Origin: a virus
Length of the DNA: 64,000 nt
Virus record (IMG/VR): IMGVR_UViG_3300032073_000011
Location: 38,193-102,192 of that record
Direction: 5' to 3' (one strand)
Part shown: positions 18,701 through 27,200 of the stretch, one piece after another
How the letters are laid out: every line of letters begins with the position of its first letter
Position numbering within the stretch: the stretch's first letter is position 1
Position numbers and translations under genes: made by a program
Notes under the pieces: model-generated
The model's input: the letters and a program-made list of their open reading frames with translations, nothing else
Databases searched by the model: none
What the model was told of the DNA's origin: nothing

Positions 18701-21487
18701 ACAATTTAAAGTAGAACAAGTTGTACAAGGGTCACACATAGGGTCACATACCCATCCACAAGGGGTGTTACCTATACCTAACCATTGTGGGTTAGCGGCA
18801 TAACAAGATGCTTCATCGGTATACCCAGTACCCACATATACCGGTTTACAACCTTCTTCACAATTATAAATCCACCTAGTATAATCACAACAACCCGTGT
18901 AAGTTCCGGCTGAATTCGTAAATCCACCATTACAATCACTTATATCGTAAGGGTCAAAAAATAATTCAAAATTAAATGCCGCGTAGTCTACAAAATTTAA
19001 AAATGGTGCTGGTGTAGGTGGTAAAGTACTCATTACTGGTAATACACTATCAACATAAAATGAGGTTCCGTTTAAAAGGTCCTCATCACATGAAAGTAAT
19101 TGACAACAATTCCCTCCAGCTGCTGGTGAACTAGTAGTACATGAAAAAGCTGGGGGATTACACCAATTATTACAGTCAATTTCACTATCAAAAACTGGTC
19201 CTTGATTAGGGTCTAACCCACTTGGGTCATTATATAAAGGGTGTGCTGAAGTAATTTCTATACAATTACCACAAGAATATTGGTCTTCACAAACATACCT
19301 ATCTTCACAACAATTACCTAAGTAAAAAGTATCCATACAATCTTCAAAAGCTGTAAATCCGACACTTGTACAAGGACCTGTATTTGTTGACCCCGTACCT
19401 GGTACTAATTGACATGAAAGACTAGATGCTGTTAAAGCTGATACTGGTGGACATACCCAACTAGAACATCCAATATAATCCCAATATTGATTATTGGTTA
19501 GGCCGGATGGTGGTGGTAACGTACCACCTGATAAAGCTCTATAACAATTACCCCATTGACCTAAAGTAAATTGTCCTGTTGAGTACACATTACCATTACT
19601 GTATACTCCCGCTGGACCCACAGGTGATATGGTAGGATACGCATTCCATGTGTTAGTTGGGTCATAACAAGGTATAGCTGTAAAGTCTGGGCATGATTCA
19701 CACTCTGGAGTACAAGCCTCCCAAATATGTTCTGTTGGTTGTCCGTTATTCCACCAAACTCCTTGTACTAAATCAGTTGGTTTAATTCCAGCCCAAGGGT
19801 CTATAGTTCCACCACTCTGATTAATATCTGTTACTGCCATATAACAACAACACTCCCCCCAAGTAGAGTCAAATACTATATCTCCTTTAACATAGTTTGT
19901 CGTTGCCGACCATTCACCCCAATTAGTGTTAATCATTGGGTCGAAACTTATAGGTTCTGGTAGTGTGGTTATTCTATCAATATATTCGTCTTTTGTTTCA
20001 CAGTAAGTACAATCTTCTATTGCACATTTTACACAATCAAAAGCACCGAAAGCAAAAGCATCCATACCACAACTTGTAGCTTCATATAAAGTAACACCAT
20101 TACTAAAGTCATAAAAAGTTATTGGTGTATTTGTACCAATACTAATAGTATAAGCAGTATATTGTGTGTTTTCTACTGTAATTCTACCCATAACCCCTTG
20201 TTCTATAAGGTTGGTTATTGGATTTATTACTTCACCCATAATCGGTACATCAACATTTATTTGGTATCCCGGTGGTAAATTACCAGTTTGTAGTGATGTG
20301 TATGTTTGAAACGCACCTAGTAAACTTTGTGTGTTACCTGTAACCTCAAAACAATTACTATTATTACCACCACCAAATATAGGTGACATACCACTATATT
20401 GTAATATATCGGTACCAGAATCTAAAGGTGAAAAAGGATAGGCACCAAAATATGTATTAGTACCTGTAGGTCCAGTAGGTCCAACTACTGGAGCGTTACT
20501 AGGAGCTATACCTGTATTAAGAACTGAATTGTAAGGTTGAGCTTGTAATGTATTATAAGGCATGAATGGAACTGTTATAACTTGAGAAACTGAAGTTGGT
20601 CCCCATTCATTTTGATGAGTTATGGTAATCCTTCTTTGTCCTACACCAGCATAAGTATGTGGTGTTGGGTTTGTAAGATTTGGAAATTGTAGGGTTTCAC
20701 AACAAGGGTCACCAAATGAATTTGTACAAGGTGGTGTCACACAATCACAAGGACAGTCACCCCACTCTATAGTATATGGTGAATTTTGGTAGGTTTTGTA
20801 ATAACCAAAATCCGTAGTATTATATATTTGTATTTGGTTACCCATCGCGGTGGTTGCGGTAACAATAAAATTAGAAAAAATATCTTTTTGACCTAGATTT
20901 CCATCCCAAATATCATAATGCCCTATATCATTAAAATCTTGTTCTAGGAAAATAGGTATTTGATGTAAGTCATTAAATACTGGTGGTGGACAAAAACAAG
21001 ATACTGTGTTTGGTGTTAAGTGTGCACTAGTTTGGGTGTTTAGTGGTTGTGATAAAGTAGAATTTGTTAAAGAAAAAATACTTATTAAATCATCATAACT
21101 TTCACCAGTAAATGTCATTACCCCAGATTGGTATAAATTTAACCCAGCAAATATAACATAAGGATGGGATTCTACATCCAAACAAAATGGTTGATTCATA
21201 GTTGGTGCATTACCGTATGGTGGTGGTGCACCCATTACTGGCATCGTAGTTGTATCATTTAATAGGATACATGGGTTTGTTGACGAACATCCAGTTAGTT
21301 CGGTAGGAAAATTATTCATGTCACCCTGTAAAGCGTTCTGTACTTGACTAAATGTAGAGTTGTACATTGTTAATCCTGAACAGTTAGGGCTTGTATTGAT
21401 AGGGTAGAAATTAGTTCCACCGGTACAAGGTACTGTAAAATAAACACTAGGGTTACTTCTTTTTATTCTATATTTGTATACTTCCAT
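12731..21487 (-). CDS. Giant Cys/Pro-rich modular tail (adhesin/fibre-like) protein, 2918 aa, with PKD-like domain, CBM5/12-like modules and Cys-rich repeats
   Basis: Uninterrupted 8.7 kb ORF. PKD-like YTIEWGD...HTYAGVGQRRITIT; repeated W-x4-Y-x2-GD-x-V modules; repeated [WY]xC...C...GxYxTLxxCQ...CC units. Confidence 0.75.
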   Translation of the reverse strand: MEVYKYRIKRSNPSVYFTVPCTGGTNFYPINTSPNCSGLTMYNSTFSQVQNALQGDMNNFPTELTGCSSTNPCILLNDTTTMPVMGAPPPYGNAPTMNQPFCLDVESHPYVIFAGLNLYQSGVMTFTGESYDDLISIFSLTNSTLSQPLNTQTSAHLTPNTVSCFCPPPVFNDLHQIPIFLEQDFNDIGHYDIWDGNLGQKDIFSNFIVTATTAMGNQIQIYNTTDFGYYKTYQNSPYTIEWGDCPCDCVTPPCTNSFGDPCCETLQFPNLTNPTPHTYAGVGQRRITITHQNEWGPTSVSQVITVPFMPYNTLQAQPYNSVLNTGIAPSNAPVVGPTGPTGTNTYFGAYPFSPLDSGTDILQYSGMSPIFGGGNNSNCFEVTGNTQSLLGAFQTYTSLQTGNLPPGYQINVDVPIMGEVINPITNLIEQGVMGRITVENTQYTAYTISIGTNTPITFYDFSNGVTLYEATSCGMDAFAFGAFDCVKCAIEDCTYCETKDEYIDRITTLPEPISFDPMINTNWGEWSATTNYVKGDIVFDSTWGECCCYMAVTDINQSGGTIDPWAGIKPTDLVQGVWWNNGQPTEHIWEACTPECESCPDFTAIPCYDPTNTWNAYPTISPVGPAGVYSNGNVYSTGQFTLGQWGNCYRALSGGTLPPPSGLTNNQYWDYIGCSSWVCPPVSALTASSLSCQLVPGTGSTNTGPCTSVGFTAFEDCMDTFYLGNCCEDRYVCEDQYSCGNCIEITSAHPLYNDPSGLDPNQGPVFDSEIDCNNWCNPPAFSCTTSSPAAGGNCCQLLSCDEDLLNGTSFYVDSVLPVMSTLPPTPAPFLNFVDYAAFNFELFFDPYDISDCNGGFTNSAGTYTGCCDYTRWIYNCEEGCKPVYVGTGYTDEASCYAANPQWLGIGNTPCGWVCDPMCDPCTTCSTLNCGYAYDLQGHIDCEMNCSCSTVCYVCDCTNPTPCTIYQDPITNAASCPYWPPNPFGSPPTFPDLPQCQTGCTCPGGFDCFVYDDTNPPAQIGQQVGGCTYYASEYVMIQLGVTWSPGSPTDPFGNPTGYTSFEECCNATECCRAVCEDDPIQAGLNGWSAYTTTGPALQGGGGGQLPCYWISQTNLDLQVGPTNVNCCSPAYVNSMNGLTGIVQCFDDNPGLPYCDMIDCVNALCPDPDPLNTTGMTCCAPVEETCNCACEDWLTVNGIPITSAFTWSGPWSNTNTYNMFETVSYSDGNTPECCFMCMCPPDITGTGYDCDSSPPDDGPYTVNGPPNCWQTCERLPAYDPATPVPTIGDPCGPCDGPSSAATMWCTPSGCTSGCGSLPSSTASGVGGIFDPPPGVNVSIWATQNNCYTGGTCSTPLIGMGIDQCTADCYCADPGPPAGLEPVDVSNCVVMQDYLNDIYSPGTGNLGIHFNGYSPFPFTWPPVQPGIVFQMTGVLTTWPYGSLDLCQSQIDPGFAFCCTGNTSIMTWECDSSCNCPTVAGNPCVGGVGCYPVMGSGGTFTSLSGCQEWCTWECNSQGAQTCQFIPMSLASVTYPSATACELANTNCLCQNLSEEWWCDWAGADAGLYDTPGSQPCQPSSYFVGQGSAYQSQAIGQAAGGPSDPNNNYFFAVTLGNVPTGMGFPTQAQCEERCRFCCDCAPPGTGVCDLCGDPTVVACAWGDMTCSGGTASCGTGLPSSTSPGDCAQQQLTVTGDRTCREPQTEYCCHAVDGCLSYIGTPPMGSDGNPCVTFFGTNAAACTDECNFVCGDCVPPAGDCHCQFVNGPVSPSCSPYPFTNMLDCETYVQSLTLFGADGSCCRCYHCTTNSPITYQMYDTGTMSWVLGSTPVNMSTGALPWVSGQVYNIGDVVTFSFDNTSCCYVNVWDTSQDWTVPPYFYYQAYINDLNTSNPVWPGGGTLSLQWIPCDPDCVPGVMQQTYDCIPGTITDSCSNRNLVVPPTATLNQYDLLEVIGAPAGVPYLQTTDVMTIKFPYYGPGPIFSNPCTYAAGTPNAAPLYQVNGPIVIHPNVGVMIGIPGSYNTWSSMITSLAGAGVTSPSGTILSLSSSWDDVCLGINAIWGSYLRDKCMDIQMTPCRCTQTPCVCVQVNGPTGAFNSLSGCQTTLNYDPCCGSWKCDPKICDCTFIPNDITGFSSQTECYNSNNCCTIRYDEYECRKIPIIGPVGANNFKCECVVVPAGMGSYTGPNALFDCENDPTTCCSGRTMPDMWRCTKDCSCVIDPTGPYSTLHDCQTAINNNCCYTGVTKDWECVDFGPKAGGCKCVQTASGVWPTQADCEAQVNDCCYTGHTGRYDCVPGNNGLCKCVVNVSGFGTYATLSDCQNGIPVSNCCENQSTDCSTECPPSSFISPTYVHHNGTYSIGFTQTLPLASSNIAGLWLSGTIYTPFDIVKDPYDDCCYVLVCDNCHFTGSDIMSYSPSQIYQNHLLGKYYNGTQDPTPVTPEINIQNRGPIWWPCDPKCSTTPPDIGYDCVNCPGSCNCIQNNTGTAQYQGPNALSLCIANCKQGCEDCAQTLSGYLTGPIDYEGIWYSTFNPAYVENDCVTDPDDGCCYCCVPYPFGPDDPHDDDDPHSKIKRNDGTISPAGPGGSGPGGSGPGGSGPSPTKVICKSGYQPSLNVGVNIGGGAMWMDCKVTTDGSPCDNSTGAVDCNNCDTYMSTNWGATLPLQWKTPAYQHFYQNQCVVDPNDGCCYCCMMSPNVDPNDFGSGWVDHDDPVRGPGFSNSSPCAVYDTNQDGNWEYYGAGVIVPFTDGNIYGWVSCTPSGSFPCSGVSGSIYYDCLHRPTIFDPSNHECVPVPGGPYTSLQACQNSPCPPPVTPCNECCGKLKKDGTWIYQTLPTTYNPCDCEFWLGIGWVTKPTSDCCVPPTWACPIGQVWSQSDCSCVPIVIGPGGPIEDDWVTEEPCIQTESCPEGYQWDWDRCQCMPT
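13706..13754. repeat. Perfect 15-bp tandem repeat x3 (TGGACCTGAGCCTCC) encoding a (GPGGS)n linker
   Basis: Directly visible; in frame within the giant protein. Confidence 0.95.
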
Positions 21488-21490
21488 ATA

Positions 21491-22441
21491 TTAAGGGTTT
21501 ACGTATTCATAAAATCTTATTGGTACAGCGTTAGGTACTTGTAGGGTACCAGGAACTGCATCTGCGGGTGTACCACCTGGTAAACCAGTTCCAGCAGGTC
21601 CACCACCACCTAAAGCCATGATTGCTTCATTAAATTGTGTAACAACATATCTAAATTTAGGGTCTATTGTAGATGCGTTACTGGGGTTTATAAATAATTT
21701 AACTTTATAATAAAACCATTCTGGATAACTTAACACCTCCCCATTGGTTATTTCACTAAGGGTTGGTGGCTTGTTTATCATATTAGTTACTTTTCCATTT
21801 TTTGCGTTAAAAAATTTACATGACATATAAAACTCATCAATTTCTGTAAGTTCTCTATCTTTTAACCATTGTATATAATAATTTTCACTTCTGCCGTGTA
21901 GTGGTCCTAAGACACAAACAGGCACATACACACCATACTTAGGGTTAGTAATGTTATTAGCTATTTGTGAATAGTACTCTGTGGGGTCCTCTAGTGGTAG
22001 TATCTCTGTCATTTCTTTCATACAATTATTTAAAGGCATAACGTTGGTGAACATTATTTTTTGTTCCTTTCTTAGGGGAGAATCGTAGAAATCAAATTTA
22101 AAAAAACTTCTTGTAAAAGCTTTTTTAGGTTTATGTAAATCTTTATCTTGGAAACCTAGAACATTAAAATTATCAACATACTGTAAAGTGTTAGGGTCCC
22201 AAAATTCAAAAGCGTAAGATATTGTGTTTGAGCCTCCACTAAATGTATTATTAACAGTGTTTCTATAAGCGTACCTGGTAGTTTCATAATCTTGTATTAC
22301 ATTTATATTATCTTGTAATTCAACCTCTTCCCACGTCCTAACTAATTGTTCATTACCTATTTCGTCAAATGTCTGCCCTATGGGTATAGTTATAGACTTA
22401 TCTTTCGTTGAAGCTTTTATATTTACTCTATTGACAGCCAT
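21491..22441 (-). CDS. Hypothetical virion structural protein (316 aa)
   Basis: Overlaps the upstream gene in the baseplate operon; no recognised motif. Confidence 0.6.
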   Translation of the reverse strand: MAVNRVNIKASTKDKSITIPIGQTFDEIGNEQLVRTWEEVELQDNINVIQDYETTRYAYRNTVNNTFSGGSNTISYAFEFWDPNTLQYVDNFNVLGFQDKDLHKPKKAFTRSFFKFDFYDSPLRKEQKIMFTNVMPLNNCMKEMTEILPLEDPTEYYSQIANNITNPKYGVYVPVCVLGPLHGRSENYYIQWLKDRELTEIDEFYMSCKFFNAKNGKVTNMINKPPTLSEITNGEVLSYPEWFYYKVKLFINPSNASTIDPKFRYVVTQFNEAIMALGGGGPAGTGLPGGTPADAVPGTLQVPNAVPIRFYEYVNP

Positions 22442-24218
22442 CAGTGTATTCGGTTAATATAGTTATTGTTGCTGAGGTTAGTGGGATTAATGCTGGCCCC
22501 ACCGCCTCTATTTTAAATTCTAAATTATGGTAAGGGTAGTGAGCATCATTTAAATAGGGGTAACTAACACCATTATCCCCATCTTCATAAGCTTCTACCG
22601 GTAAAATTTCTCTCCACCTAAATGTTTCCTCTGATAAAGAATAAACAGCATACTGGGGTGATGTAAACAGACTATCATTATAACTTACATAATTAGAGAA
22701 TTTTTTTACAGGTATCTTGTGGTGTGGATGGTATTTAAAGATAGAATCTACAAAATCATATCCTGGTGTACCACCAACTTTATACATCGCATCTCTATTA
22801 AATTTTAAGGAATGTCCTATTTCTGAAATTACTCTTTCTTTTAACTCAAAAGGGTTATATTCAGCAAAAGCACCTCTAAGTGTACTTCCACTTAATGGTA
22901 ATGGATTTACCCCTAAATTACCGTTTTGAGTTACATTTATGGGGTGAATTGTGTTATCCACAAAAGGGTCTACCACCCCATTTTTTTTAAAGTTCCACCC
23001 CCAACCATATCCAGCTGGACTAGAATTACCACCAGGATTCCAATCCCAAACTAAATTTCTATTTGTAGTAAAAATTGTTAAATAAAATTCTGTTAAAGGC
23101 CTATTAAATTGGTCGTAATAATCATCACTATTAATATTATAATTACAATTCCATAAAAATGAATCGTATTCTTGGATTAAAACCGACTTTTGTTTATAGT
23201 TTGGTGTTCTTTTTGCTGGAAATATTCTTCCTCTTTTATTGTATATCCCTCTTTCAAAACCTGTTTTATCTAAAGTTAAATCATTAGGGTTTGTTATTAA
23301 TTTATGTATTTGACAATAGTATTCAGATTTTGTCTCTAGCATATTTTCTGGGTTAGTGACTCTTTTTAAAGTACCTACTGGTTCTGTTGGTATTGAGGTA
23401 GCGTCTAACCCTAATGTGGTAATATTCATAACATAATCTTCAGAATTTTCTAATCCATTACCCAAATAATCTACTTTAAATATAGTTTGAGGCCCACTTA
23501 CCGGTGCAAATACAGTAGTAATTGCTACATCAACTAGTAGATTAGCGTTACCAAAAGTAGTTGCCCCAGATTGTATTTCTATATATTCTCCTGGTGATAC
23601 ACCATGTCTTACCGGTGTTATTATTTGTAACACTTCTTTACCATCAGTATTGGTCACTCTGGGGGTAAAAGGGATACCATCTCCAGCTACAAACTGCATA
23701 CCAGAAGGTGTGGTGTAGTCTGTATAGTATTCCATTGTTTGTTCTGGGTCTGCATCATGTACATAAGAAATATATCGCACCCAATTATCTTGGTGTGCTA
23801 ATATTGGTTCCCAACCTGCTTGACTAGGGTCAATACCATATCTTTTAGGTGGTATCATGGTAAAAGTACTAGATGGTGGTAAACCGGAACAACTAGTAGG
23901 TGGTACTCCACCTAAAAGATGGGGGCACCCTATATAATCTGGAATAAAATACATTGAGTCCATAAAATAAGCATCTTGTGTGCTACCACTAATAATATTG
24001 TTGTAAAGTATATCTATTTTCCCATATAACCTATATTGGGTTGAGTATTCTCTTTCAAAGTCAAATTGGTCTCTTAGGTCTAAAACTAGGTTTCTGTCAC
24101 CTTCATGTATTTGTTTTTGTGTGGATTCTAAAAACGGTTGTAATTGCAATTCTCTGTTAGGTGAACCAGCAAATTTAGATTCTCCTCTTACAATCCTTAT
24201 GTTTTTTTCGTTACTCAT
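22428..24218 (-). CDS. Hypothetical virion structural protein (596 aa)
   Basis: Translationally coupled (TAATG overlap) in the baseplate operon. Confidence 0.6.
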   Translation of the reverse strand: MSNEKNIRIVRGESKFAGSPNRELQLQPFLESTQKQIHEGDRNLVLDLRDQFDFEREYSTQYRLYGKIDILYNNIISGSTQDAYFMDSMYFIPDYIGCPHLLGGVPPTSCSGLPPSSTFTMIPPKRYGIDPSQAGWEPILAHQDNWVRYISYVHDADPEQTMEYYTDYTTPSGMQFVAGDGIPFTPRVTNTDGKEVLQIITPVRHGVSPGEYIEIQSGATTFGNANLLVDVAITTVFAPVSGPQTIFKVDYLGNGLENSEDYVMNITTLGLDATSIPTEPVGTLKRVTNPENMLETKSEYYCQIHKLITNPNDLTLDKTGFERGIYNKRGRIFPAKRTPNYKQKSVLIQEYDSFLWNCNYNINSDDYYDQFNRPLTEFYLTIFTTNRNLVWDWNPGGNSSPAGYGWGWNFKKNGVVDPFVDNTIHPINVTQNGNLGVNPLPLSGSTLRGAFAEYNPFELKERVISEIGHSLKFNRDAMYKVGGTPGYDFVDSIFKYHPHHKIPVKKFSNYVSYNDSLFTSPQYAVYSLSEETFRWREILPVEAYEDGDNGVSYPYLNDAHYPYHNLEFKIEAVGPALIPLTSATITILTEYTDGCQ

Positions 24219-27200
24219 TATATTACTGTATCTGATAATTCTTCATCTATATATTTCCTAACAAAAGTATTGAATGCTGTACCTCCAGGTCTTAAACCAA
24301 AATAATAAAATAATGGTTGTGAAAACACATAAGAATCACTACCTGGAATTGTACCATTAGTTACTGGGTAGTTGTTATTCGCAAATGAAAATGGTGGATT
24401 ACCCATATAGTGTTGGAAATTACCACTACTTAGATATTGTGTACCCCCGGAAAGACCTGGTACGGCATTTGTGGGGTGTATTGTTGAACCTTCTGCATCA
24501 ACAGAAGAAATTGCTGGTAAAATTGACATTGCTGGTCCAGGTACACCGAACGCATATCTATATTCTCCTAGAGTACCTAACCAGTCATTCCAAACAGTAC
24601 CGTACCCACCAATTGGGACACCCCCAAGTGTACCACTCGCATTATGTAAATGCCATGGATAAAATGGTACAGTCTGACTAGATGCTGACAACTCCATAGT
24701 GACACAATCTATTAAATCCTGACCATCCATAATAACTGATGTAGAACCTGTAAATAATAATGGTTCCCACAAAAGATTATGTCTAAAGTTATTTGAATTA
24801 TTTATATCGTTTACATTAAGAGCATTGGGTACGTAAGTTCCTCCCACAAAATTTGGTGATGGGTAAGTTAGTCCACTTGGTGGTAGTGAGTCTGTTGGTG
24901 ATGTGGAAAATCCTGGACCGTTACCAACTGGGAATTGACACTCACAAGCTGTATTACCATTATTTGCCTCATATCCTGCAACACCTAACATACAATTTTG
25001 CATAAGTGCTTGTGCTACATCACCACCAATTTCATATTCAGGACGAGGAAAGAACGTAGACATAGATGCCTTTGGATTTTGCATCTTAAGATTATAGGTA
25101 TCAGAAACTAGTTCTGTTATGTCTTGGAATGTTGTACTACCTATCTGGTCAGTCACAGAACATTCGTTAGCGTATTTAGGGTCTAAACATATTTGTTGTA
25201 TACATTGGTTTCTAGACCCCATATCTACCATTGTTGTTGGAAAAAGAATATGTCTGTCTTGGTCACCCTTAGCGTGGTTACTACCACTACTACCCGCAAA
25301 AGCCCACCAAGGATTATATACACCATCAGTATCACCAATAAAACTTCCTTCTAGTGGTTGGATACCGTTAACTTTAAATGGTGTGGACCTATAGTAAAAA
25401 GTATGTTCTGTTGGGTGTAGGTAGGTTAATTTTTTACACCACTGGGAATTGGTGACGTAGGTATCATTGGCGGTATCATATTCTACCTTAGCTCTAAATT
25501 GGAATTGGTATAAGAATCCACTTACCCAACTATTTTCCCAAAAATAATTCATAATACCATTACATAATGCCTGTGATACTTTTTCTCTTCTGGTCCATTC
25601 TAATAAAACTCTAAGATTATAGTTCTCAGCGACACAGTCTATATTAAAACATATTATTTTTACATAACAACCACCACCTGCTATACCATCCGTCGGGTCA
25701 TTACTTGTACTTGGGTCACCCGAAAAAGAAGAATTAAAACCATAATAGTCTGGGCAACATATTCTTGTCTCATCTGTTTGTGCACAACAATCATGTGACC
25801 ACTTGCCACCAAAATCATCACCTACAGCACCATTACCTGGTGGACATTGTGGTACACAAGTGGAACTTGCAGAGTATGTGGTACCCCCACTCATCCCCCA
25901 AGGTAGACCTCCTGGACATGGCCATTTAGAAGCTAAATATATAAGAGAGTCTGACTTACTCATATCCCCCATAGTTCTACACATACATTTTTCACATTCT
26001 GGATACTTGGTTTGTCTTAAAGTAAATAATACGAACCCCATTCTTAACCCAAAATATTTACAGTCAGCACCACAACCAAAACAATCAGAACCCCCGAGAC
26101 AAATTTGACCACATTCTTCTGGTGGGGGGGACATAAAACTAGACATTCTTAATATTGTAAAACCCCATAGTGTTATATGGATACAGTATATCGCACACCA
26201 CATCCAACATATTAACCACACGACAAACAATACAACTGCTAGTACTAAACTAAGAAGTGCGGCTATTGTAGTAACGAGTAATGTTAAAAACATGTAAATC
26301 ATCCCTAAGAAATCTATAAGGAACATCCAAAGAAATACCATTAAACTAGGAGCTCTTACAGCACTATTAATTGGAAAAAACATTGCAGTGGTCGCACATT
26401 GTTGGTCTGATTCTGGTAATATATTTTTTATCCCCACAAATTGTCTTCTACCACCATGTTTTATGTGGTCATGAAATTGTGAGAATGTGTACACCCTATT
26501 AAATGTCATATCATAAAAAACATCTTTTGCTCCAGGCATTAAATTTCTTTGTGCCCAAGGATTGTAGTCACTATAATTTACAGAAAAAGTATAAGTACTA
26601 GGGTCTATCCCTGGCCAATCACCATTACTATCACCAGCCCAAGGGTCATAAAATTCTCTAATATTAGGCACCAAATAACTAGCTATCCTTCTCTCTCTAG
26701 CTCCTCCAGTTGCCTGTTCTGGTCTAATCCTAAACCTACATCTTGTTCTAGTTGGTACGCCCACACTTGGGTCGTCAGATATAACCATTTCTCCAAATTC
26801 ATTGGTAATCATATAATCTAGATTCATCGGAATATGTACTAGAAAGGAACCGGAATCATCAATAACCCTACCTCCATTTGGTAGGTAGTATCTTTCTAGT
26901 ATGGGTACTTCTCCACCTAGTGGTGCCCCCCAACCTCCAGCGGTATATGCTGGGTAAGCATTTGGGTCATTTTGAAAAAATGGGGTATATCTTATACAGT
27001 CTATTATTCCTGGTCTTGAGATTAAACTACATAGTTCTCCCATAGCTGCTTTAGGTCTACAATTTCTATTAACAGAATCTTTATCGGTGTCAGATGCTGT
27101 ACTACCCATAAAAACAGCATTGGGTTCTAATTTAAACCCGGTAACACCTAAATCAAAATCTACTCTAGTAATTGCAGCTCTACAAAATTCTTCATCACCC

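Noticed and set aside
12731-21487. Eukaryotic or giant-virus contamination, or a diversity-generating retroelement target
   Set aside because: The gene is intronless, tightly coupled to phage neighbours and shares their motifs; no reverse transcriptase or near-identical TR/VR pair is visible in the window.
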